Notes under the pieces: generated by a model
The model's database searches: none
What the model saw: the letters and a program-made list of their open reading frames with translations, nothing else
Told to the model about the DNA's origin: nothing
Source: Guillardia theta CCMP2712
Lineage: Eukaryota > Protista > Cryptophyta
Length of the DNA stretch: 64,000 nt
Assembly (NCBI RefSeq): GCF_000315625.1
Contig: NW_005434671.1
Location: 941,798-1,005,797 of the forward strand
Reading direction: 5' to 3'
Shown: positions 55,128-64,000 of the stretch, piece after piece
Position numbering within the stretch: the first letter of the stretch is position 1
Layout of the letters: each line of letters opens with the position of its first letter
Position numbers and translations under genes: made by a program

Positions 55128-56063
55128 ACGAGAGTAGGGGGAGACGCGAGGCGTGAGGAGGGGAGGGGACGATGGGCATGTACATAGCGCTTGTAAATAA
55201 AGATCCATGTGAGCTGAGATCGTGAGCGACAGGACATGCAGCACGGCACTCCACCAGAGTTGAGCGATGCCATTGCAGACAGCCGTGCAGACGGAGATGG
55301 CAGGAGCCCTGACTTGTTTGTACCTTGTTGAGCAGGAACGTCATTCATTGTCCGTGACTTTGAGTCAGTCGACGATGAGGCGTCTCAAGATGTGGAGACA
55401 CGAGAGGGATAAGAAGCTTTCCGTTTTTGAAAGCGACGTTGGTTTTGTGTGCATGATCTTCAATTGTTTTCTTCCTTGACGGAAACACAATCGAAGAGAG
55501 CAACTCACTTGCGTTGGTTCGGAGAGTCAAGCTTCTTTTATCAGAACACTTGCGAAATGAACTCCACTCAGACAAGATGATACTCGCATCATTCAGCATA
55601 TGCAAATTTGGACTCGGAACGAGCGTGAGGGCCCGGGGCCTTGCTGGGCCCTCAGCATGTCGCACCTGTCATGCGTTGCTGACGACCCAGTGACTTTGGG
55701 CTAGTGCTAACCACACGGGGTATCCTCTATCACCGCTTCAAGTGTCTGAGTGAAAGAGTCTGATACAGGATATTTTATGTCAGCGACCTCGTGACCGTTT
55801 GAGTCTATAGTGATAGGCCACCTTCGGACCATCTGTCCGACCATTCTAGAATCTCCGGACGTGGCCTCCGTGTGAGCTTTGATGCCACTCGGGCTCAATG
55901 TTCCTCTAAACTCGTCGCCGGATGTTTACTACAGTGACTGATGATTCCAAAAACGGTCACGAGGTCGCTGCGTGACCAGGCAGAGCCGCATTCCCCTTGA
56001 CTTCTTCAACCACTCCGCTGCACCTCAACTTCCCCTCAACCACCAGCGCCGCCAAGACTCGCC

Positions 56064-56318
56064 ATGCGCCCTGTCACCGTTCTCTGGTCCGAGGTCTCCC
56101 TCTCCGCCGCTCCCTCCCCTCCTCCCCGCGCGCTCCCCGTCGCCCTCCCTTGCAAGAGATCAGCCGGAGACCTGCCCCTCCTCCCCCAAGCTCCAGCCCT
56201 CCCGAGACAGCCGCCGGGCATCGTCAAGGCAAGCAAGGGGAGCTGTCTGGAGAACATCCTTGCTGCGCGGAGGAAGCTCGAGGAGAGGCAGCGGGCGATC
56301 ATCGGATTGCAGAGGTAG
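56064..56318 (+). CDS. Microprotein family, copy 5 (84 aa variant)
   Basis: Same as copy 4. Confidence 0.6.
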   Translation: MRPVTVLWSEVSLSAAPSPPPRALPVALPCKRSAGDLPLLPQAPALPRQPPGIVKASKGSCLENILAARRKLEERQRAIIGLQR

Positions 56319-57275
56319 ACGAGAGTAGGGGGAGACGCGAGGCGTGAGGAGGGGAGGGGACGATGGGCTGGACATGTACATAGCGCTTGTAAATAAAGAT
56401 CCATGTGAGCTGAGATCGTGAGCGACAGGACATGCAGCACGGCACTCCACCAGAGTTGAGCGATGCCATTGCAGACAGCCGTGCAGACGGAGATGGCGGG
56501 AGCCCTTTCTTGTTCTTGAGTGATAAGAAGCTTTCCGTTCGAAAGTGGGTTTGTGTGCATGATCTTCAATTGTTTTCTTCCTTGACGGAAACACAATCGA
56601 AGAGAGCAACTCACTTGCGTTGGTTCGGAGAGTCAAGCTTCTTTTATCAGAACACTTGCGAAATGAACTCCACTCAGACAAGATGCTACTCGCAGGGAAG
56701 GATAGCACTGAAAGATCGGGCTTGGATCAGGAGCAGAAGAGTGCCTGAAGCGAGAGTTTGCACGAGGCGAGTGGAGCAAAGAGCACTAGTTCTAGTCTGT
56801 CACACCCCGAAGCTTGACGGGTTGCAGACATCTACTGCGAATACTCAAGGCAACTCCTCTAGATCACACATACTAAAATAAACGTGGCATACAACTTGGG
56901 GAGAGAACGGAAAGATTCGTTGTAGATCGCTGCATCCTGTCAAGCTTCTGGGTGATACATTTCCTTGGTTTCGACTTATTTTTCGCTTACAAGCTGAATG
57001 GCCACTAATGGCATCAATCACGAGAAAGATATTACCGAAACTGATCTCCTCCTCATTCTTCGAATGGGGAGGAAATACTGCGATCATTCCTAGGGTTGAA
57101 ATTCGGAAGAGCTATCATCGCCGTGCATGCTAACGTACTGATATGCAGATAGTATCCCTGCTGTTGATTTTTCGACCCCTGTATCATCCAGTATGTGCCT
57201 ATCTCGATCTCAGCTCACATGGATCTTTATTTACAAGCGCTATGTACATGTCCAGCCCATCGTCCCCTCCCCTCC

Positions 57276-57551
57276 TCACGCCTCGCGTCTCCCCCTACTC
57301 TCGTCTACCTTTGTGATCGCCCGCTGCCTCTCCTCGAGCTTCCTCCGCGCAGCAAGGATGTTCTCCAGACAGCTCCCCTTGCTCGCCTTGACGATGCCCG
57401 GCGGCTGTCTCGGGAGGGCTGGAGCTTGGGGGAGGAGGGGCAGGTCTCCGGCTGATCTCTTGCAGGGGAGGGCGACGGGGAGCGCGCGGGGAGGAGGGGA
57501 GGGAGCGGCGGAGAGGGAGACCTCGGACCAGAGAACGGTGACAGGGCGCAT
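57276..57551 (-). CDS. Microprotein family, copy 6 (91 aa), left palindrome arm
   Basis: Intact ORF; AATAAA downstream on the minus strand. Confidence 0.65.
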   Translation of the reverse strand: MRPVTVLWSEVSLSAAPSPPPRALPVALPCKRSAGDLPLLPQAPALPRQPPGIVKASKGSCLENILAARRKLEERQRAITKVDESRGRREA

Positions 57552-57950
57552 GGCGTGGCAGGAGGAAGGAGGAAGGGGCGGAGTGACAGCAGGCATCTGT
57601 TAGGCATCTTTTGAAGGAGCCAAAGGGGCCCGGTCACGCGGAGAAATGGGATATTTTATGTCAGCGACCTCGTGACCGTTTGAGTCTATAGTGATAGGCT
57701 ACCTTCGGACCATCTGTCCGACCATTCTAGAATCTCCGGACGTGGCCTCCGTGTGAGCTTTGATGCCACTCGGGCTGGTGTAAACTGTAAGATGGATGGG
57801 TCGCCGGATGTTTACTACAGTGACTACTCCAAAAACGGTCACGAGGTCGCTGACATAAAATATCCCATTTCTCCGCGTGACCGGGCCCCTTTGGCTCCTT
57901 CAACAGATGCCTGCTGTCACTCCGCCCTTCCTCCTTCCTCCTGCCACGCC

Positions 57951-58226
57951 ATGCGCCCTGTCACCGTTCTCTGGTCCGAGGTCTCCCTCTCCGCCGCTCC
58001 CTCCCCTCCTCCCCGCGCGCTCCCCGTCGCCCTCCCCTGCAAGAGATCAGCCGGAGACCTGCCCCTCCTCCCCCAAGCTCCAGCCCTCCCGAGACAGCCG
58101 CCGGGCATCGTCAAGGCAAGCAAGGGGAGCTGTCTGGAGAACATCCTTGCTGCGCGGAGGAAGCTCGAGGAGAGGCAGCGGGCGATCGCAGAGGTAGACG
58201 AGAGTAGGGGGAGACGCGAGGCGTGA
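57951..58226 (+). CDS. Microprotein family, copy 7 (91 aa), right palindrome arm
   Basis: Intact ORF with TGTAAATAAA downstream. Confidence 0.65.
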   Translation: MRPVTVLWSEVSLSAAPSPPPRALPVALPCKRSAGDLPLLPQAPALPRQPPGIVKASKGSCLENILAARRKLEERQRAIAEVDESRGRREA

Positions 58227-59138
58227 GGAGGGGAGGGGACGATAGGCGGGACATGTACATAGCGCTTGTAAATAAAGATCCATGTGAGCTGAGATCGTGA
58301 GCGACAGGACATGCAGCACGGCACTCCACCAGAGTTGAGCGATGCCATTGCAGACAGCCGTGCAGACGGAGATGGCAGGAGCCCTGACTTGTTTGTACCT
58401 TGTTGAGCAGGAACGTCATTCATTGTCCGTGACTTTGAGTCAGTCGACGATGAGGCGTCTCAAGATGTGGAGACACGAGAGGGATAAGAAGCTTTCCGTT
58501 TTTGAAAGCGACGTTGGTTTTGTGTGCATGATCTTCAATTGTTTTCTTCCTTGACGGAAACACAATCGAAGAGAGCAACTCACTTGCGTTGGTTCGGAGA
58601 GTCAAGCTTCTTTTATCAGAACACTTGCGAAATGAACTCCACTCAGACAAGATGATACTCGCATCATTCAGCATATGCAAATTTGGACTCGGAACGAGCG
58701 TGAGGGCCCGGGGCCTTGCTGGGCCCTCAGCATGTCGCACCTGTCATGCGTTGCTGACGACCCAGTGACTTTGGGCTAGTGCTAACCACACGGGGTATCC
58801 TCTATCACCGCTTCAAGTGTCTGAGTGAAAGAGTCTGATACAGGATATTTTATGTCAGCGACCTCGTGACCGTTTGAGTCTATAGTGATAGGCCACCTTC
58901 GGACCATCTGTCCGACCATTCTAGAATCTCCGGACGTGGCCTCCGTGTGAGCTTTGATGCCACTCGGGCTCAATGTTCCTCTAAACTCGTCGCCGGATGT
59001 TTACTACAGTGACTGATGATTCCAAAAACGGTCACGAGGTCGCTGCGTGACCAGGCAGAGCCGCATTCCCCTTGACTTCTTCAACCACTCCGCTGCACCT
59101 CAACTTCCCCTCAACCACCAGCGCCGCCAAGACTCGCC

Positions 59139-59393
59139 ATGCGCCCTGTCACCGTTCTCTGGTCCGAGGTCTCCCTCTCCGCCGCTCCCTCCCCTCCTCC
59201 CCGCGCGCTCCCCGTCGCCCTCCCTTGCAAGAGATCAGCCGGAGACCTGCCCCTCCTCCCCCAAGCTCCAGCCCTCCCGAGACAGCCGCCGGGCATCGTC
59301 AAGGCGAGCAAGGGGAGCTGTCTGGAGAACATCCTTGCTGCGCGGAGGAAGCTCGAGGAGAGGCAGCGGGCGATCATCGGATTGCAGAGGTAG
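59139..59393 (+). CDS. Microprotein family, copy 8 (84 aa variant)
   Basis: Same as copy 4. Confidence 0.6.
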   Translation: MRPVTVLWSEVSLSAAPSPPPRALPVALPCKRSAGDLPLLPQAPALPRQPPGIVKASKGSCLENILAARRKLEERQRAIIGLQR

Positions 59394-59826
59394 ACGAGAG
59401 TAGGGGGAGACGCGAGGCGTGAGGAGGGGAGGGGACGATGGGCTGGACATGTACATAGCGCTTGTAAATAAAGATCCATGTGAGCTGAGATCGTGAGCGA
59501 CAGGACATGCAGCACGGTACTCCACCAGAGTTGAGCGATGCCATTGCAGACAGCCGTGCAGACGGAGATGGCGGGCGCCCTGACTTGTTTGTACCTTGTT
59601 GAGCAGGAACGTCATTCATTGTCCGTGACTTTGAGTCAGTCGACGATGAGGCGTCTCAAGATGTGGGGACACGATGAGCACGAATGGAAGCTGTCAGCTG
59701 GAAATGAGATGTAGGAATGGCTCGATATCGGATCACTTTCTATCGATCTGAATTGCATTCATTTTGTTTTGTTGGTAACCTCGAAGGTCTTGATGACTAG
59801 TCTTCGTTGTCCATGTTTCATGTGAA

Positions 59827-62043
59827 TTATTTCTTTTTGGGCTTGCCTTTTTGCTTCATTTTGCTGTCACTCTTCTTGCTCTTTCGCCTGGAATATCATC
59901 TGCATTAAACAAAGCAAACGCAGCATGCTTGTCAAATACCAACCTTTTCTGCTGCCATTTCTTGAAATCTTCCATTGCTTTCTTGTCTCGCTCCTTAAAT
60001 CTGCAGCAAGATTAATTTCCAGCCATTAGTTGGAGGCTGGACTTACTTCCCAACCTTGTTGTAGTATTGCACTTCCTGTACATCACCATAAAAACCACAA
60101 AGTGTGCCAACCGATGCTGTCACCTTAAGCTTAGCCTGACGCTGTGAGGTTTCCCAATCGTGTTGCGCATTGATGGCTTCAACAGAATCGGATCTGCGAA
60201 CAAGAGAATGAAGATACCCTGGGGGATTTTCATAACTTACACATCTGCAATCTTCTTCCATCGAGCAATTTCCTTCTTTTCCTCTGGCGTCATCCGATGC
60301 ATGGGCTCATCTTTTCCATCCCCTCCCCCTTTCTCTCTCGCCAGTGTCTCAAGCTTGGAGCGAAATTCTTTTGTTTTCTTTTTCCTGCATCGTTAATGTT
60401 ACTCAACTTATCATGGTTGAAGATATGCAATCAGTACTTTGTAGAAGTTGAATTGCTTGACTCGAGATCTCCAGGATATGGTGCCAGCTCATCCCAGTCT
60501 CCGCGGCAACCACAATACCTTCTACACTTCGAATACCCGTTTGCAAGATCTTCCCAGACATCATCGTCCATTCTTGGGCCAGGCACCTGATGGGATTCAA
60601 AACAAGTTCAAGGCGCATCTTATATTGCGAATATCAGGGAAGCAATACGTCAATTTTCATTATGTGCTCGGAGAAATCTTGGCCGGTAAGCTGCTGAAGC
60701 AAGCGAGCGGCCCATGTTCGAGCTGGCGCAATGTCCTTTTGTGCCTCTAAAACTCTCTTGGCGAGCTGGATAGCACCTGCAAAACAACTCATTCAAGGAA
60801 TTTTTGGCTCAGTTTGAAGGTTCACACCATTATCAATTATCAGAGATCTGAGTTTGCCAGGCAATTCACTAAGGAAGGATAACGCAGCGCACCCTTGTTC
60901 TCCCACATTGAATCTGGAGAAGGCTCAGACTCATGAGGGTTGTGCAAAGCCAGACAATACCCTTCTCTCTCATATTCATGCGCATGCCCGAAGTTGTGTA
61001 ATGCCTTGATGATTCTTTCAACGCCGCCGCTCTCAGCCACTGCACTCATATATCATCCGATCGGATAGAAAGTTCTCTTGTCACCTTTGCCTGCAAGAGC
61101 CAAGTTCACTTGAAGTTTACCACCAGCTGGACAGCCCGCGTACTCCAGTCCATAAGTGATATGCGTTTCATTCACCACTTTGACCAGAAATGTCCAGATG
61201 AAGATGCAGCCGGCCTCCTGCGGCACCATCACGAACAAGGCAGCGAGGAGCCTGTGAATTTCTCACCTGGACATGAACGCTTTTTTCATGCTTTGCCATT
61301 GCACTCAACACTGTCTCGACTACGCGATTCTCCACGGCCAACTTTGTTCAAGGTCAGTTTGCAGCCACCTTCCTAGCACGTCCTCACCAAACAGTTGGAA
61401 GAGTGGTTGAAAACAAGGTTGGACAGAGCTCTGATCCCTGTGCTCTGTATGTCTGCATTTCCCTCGTGCCGTTTCATGGCTTGAACAAACAATGGGAAGG
61501 CCCCTAACTTTCCTAATAGGTTCTGTTCGCACGTTACGAAATGCTCAACAGGCTGTTGACAACATGCCTGGTTTATCATGTGAGCCCAACCGTCCACTCC
61601 ATACGGAGGTCTTGGTTGTGCATACGCCAAATTCGTCGCTAGACGAAGTCCCTCGAGCACGATCTTTGCAGAGTGGAGGTGGACCTGACAAACAACGTAA
61701 ATCTATGGTACCTTTGAATTCGCGCTACCTTCAAAGTTTCCACGAGCGCCTCACAGCCATTCTTGTTCTTTCCTATCCTGTATTGCTTTTCTCCATCCAG
61801 ACAGATTAAAGACAGAGCATTGAAAGCTTTGTACACGACATGCGGGTCCTTGGTCTTATCCTGCAAGTTCTGAAGGTGGATAGAGCTTGCTCTCTTGCAC
61901 CGTGGGCTCACAGGGGGGACTTTAAATGGAACCACCTTCTTGGCCCCCCCCCGAAGATTCAAGTTACTTCCAGTGTTGATTGTGAACAGGCCACAATGGC
62001 AGGCTTGCAAGGAGACAAGGAGCAACAAGGTCAAGCCTTTCAT
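59827..62043 (-). CDS. Armadillo-like repeat protein with signal peptide, LNLRGG motif and Lys-rich C-terminus
   Basis: MKGLTLLLLVSLQACHC…NLNLRGG; ARM-like GKLGAFPLFVQAMKRHEGNADIQSTGIRALSNLV, NGCEALVETLK and ESGGVERIIKALHNF; tail KSKKSDSKMKQKGKPKKK*. Confidence 0.75.
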
Positions 62044-63044
62044 CACAGATACCGCCGTTTTTCAACGTCAATTATGCTCGCCAACAACTCTAGCGCAGTC
62101 AAGCTGTGCCTGGTCCCATATCAAGGCACAGGGATCGTTACCATGAGCTTTGTTTATCCTTTCCGCTTCCTCTCTCTCTTCCTCGTCCCCTCCTCTTATC
62201 CTCTTCTTCTCTTCTCCTACTACCTGGCTCTGCCATGCCGATCTGCGGACGCATCGATCATGTGTAGGCCCTCTTCCCCAGAAGGCCCGGGCCAACCGGC
62301 AGCGTCAAGTCCGAGTGCTGCCTCCGACTGATCACTATTGACAAATCTTGTGTGCCGGCCCCCACCTGCTTCTCGCGCGTTCACGAGGAACGCACAGGGA
62401 CGGAGGTTCCGCTCAGCTCACGGCAAGAAAGAGAAAACCCCCGACACTGATCGATCAGACTTCTGGGGGATCAAAGCAGCGACCTGTCTTGGGCGAGAGT
62501 AGAAGCCAAGGATTTCAGTGTCTCTATCGTCGTGTAGTAGGGACTCGTGAACATGTCCGATCAAGCCAACCAAGCTTCCCACACAGCCGAGAGCACCATC
62601 CCATCTGGAGCGAGGAAGATGACCGATCAAGAACGAACAGAACATGTTGCTAACGTGATAGAAGCTCTCACGAAGCAGGTGATGTATTGATTTGCACTTG
62701 CAGCAATGGCTGTCTAACATGTTGCAGGGCTTGGCGATGTCCAATCTTCCCGAGGACATCAAAGGGAAGCTTGATGACTTCGTAAAGAATGGCTCTGCCT
62801 GTGAGCTGCAGATTCCAACCCCCAAGGGTTTTGTTTATTGCAAGTTGACAAATCTGATAGACAAGTGAATCTTGATTAGTCTAGTCATCGCCAGGGTACC
62901 CGAGGACACGGATTTGGTAGACCTTTATTGCTTCCTTGCTCAGCTTTACATTTGGTTACTGTACAAAAAACAACCCCGGCACATGTATGTCAGGGCACCT
63001 ATGAATCTACTGCAGCACTCTGCAAGTCCACAACCTCACTCTCG

Positions 63045-64000
63045 GGAATTAGAGGGTCGCTGTTGTCTTGAACGACAACGGCAAGAGCCTTGTGGTCACT
63101 GACATCATCAGGAAGCACGCAGAATTTCCGTACAGCAAGGTTTGTCAGGATATGATCCAGGCAAACGTTGAATTCGACTCCTCTCCATCCTATTTTTTTT
63201 TCGTAAGGAACTCATGGAAGGATATACACATGCGATGGAACAGTCACCTGGAGGAGTGAGGAAAGAATGTGTGTTGTACGTAGGTTCGAAATCTGGAGCC
63301 CCGACACTGTCAATCCCAAAGGTTCGGACAATGTGGGCATATTCGTCCGAGCCGCCCACGCTGAAACGCAGTCAGGCATGTATCGGAGATGCACCATATT
63401 GAATTCACTCACATGTTGAGATCACCTCCTACAAGCCACAAGCCATCTTTCTGCGAGTAATACATCAGCAACTTTGGCTGAAGCACATGTACCATTCGGA
63501 GCTTACCTTGACTGTCCTATCAACGAAACTCTTCAATTCATTCAACTGTTGTTCACGAACAGTGCCGCAACTCATTTCGCTTCTTTCCTCCAGCATCTTC
63601 ACAACGCTGATCCCTATGCCGTTGTCTAGACTGTCCCCTGATTCCAAATCACATGTGCCACTTGGACCTGAAGATTGCATCAATTCCGTAGGAGGTGCTG
63701 TATCACACTGAAAGTGAGTAGTAAAAAGATGCAGTAGATTTCCAGACGGTAGCTTGCAGGCAGCATGCAAAGCTCCATTGGGAACCATTTTTTGCCAGCC
63801 AGCAGTGCTCCTGAAAATGACCTCGCTCGCATGCTGGATTGGATATCTACTAATGATGACGTTTCCAGTATCGAAAAAGAATCCAACAGGAGTCGTTACA
63901 ACGTGATACCCTTCTTCAACTGCTTGTTTCGTGAACCGTGTATGATACGATGACCACCAACACCCCCACAGCTCATTGAGCAGTACGATGTCATAGTTCC
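63045..64000 (-). CDS. EEP-superfamily phosphodiesterase (neutral sphingomyelinase-like); 5' end outside the window, may extend 3' to ~62420
   Basis: GALHA…LHLFTTHFQ, REQQLNELKSFV, LVGGDLN, PTY, LDHILTN and SDH catalytic motifs across spliced exons. Confidence 0.85.

Larger units (their letters stand above)
57205..58297. repeat. Long inverted repeat: ~480-bp arms, ~140-bp spacer
   Basis: 57205-57685 is the near-exact reverse complement of 57826-58297. Confidence 0.95.
54418..59672 (+). repeat. ~1.19-kb tandem units, each carrying a microprotein gene
   Basis: Units start at 54418, 55610 and 58685, plus a partial unit at ~57647-58684. Equivalent ORFs are offset by 1191 bp (54873/56064). Confidence 0.95.

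Noticed and set aside
55707-55898. Repeated 63-aa ORF MSPSGIKAH… and other overlapping or antisense ORFs in the units
   Set aside because: They recur only because the DNA is recently duplicated; interrupted in unit 1 and not conserved in the diverged copy.
54418-59672. Autonomous transposon or LTR element
   Set aside because: No transposase, reverse transcriptase or integrase motifs, no TG…CA termini and no TSDs seen.

Overview
Gene-dense eukaryotic nuclear DNA. It has many short (~45-60 nt) GT-AG introns, purine/pyrimidine microsatellites inside introns, and two 100-N assembly gaps. The style suggests a cryptophyte alga such as Guillardia theta (inference, not verified). Positions 1-49,000 hold mostly ordinary multi-exon genes: an RNI-like LRR protein, a signal-peptide/PPR-like protein, an Spt20-domain protein, a MORN plus Sfi1-like region, PRMT7, a TM coiled-coil protein, a secreted Ig/filamin plus SGNH (PC-esterase/NXPE-like) protein, a secreted EF-hand protein, an SK-type K+ channel, PDH E2 (DLAT), tRNA-Arg(CCT), CCDC130/YJU2B, a PDZ protein and a TBC-GYF2-IQ protein. 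Positions ~49,300-59,700 form an accessory region with eight copies of an unknown 84-97 aa microprotein gene. These are arranged as direct repeats, ~1.19-kb tandem units and a ~1.1-kb palindrome, and they surround a CHAT (caspase-like) domain gene. The window ends with an ARM-repeat gene and a truncated EEP/sphingomyelinase-like gene. Best leads: (1) two unrelated proteins with a signal peptide followed by a ubiquitin-tail mimic (LxLRGG); (2) the microprotein array with its palindrome and CHAT protease; (3) CCGG-rich islands at gene 5' ends plus a ~20-bp phased TTGACTA array. Exon boundaries were read by eye and are approximate.
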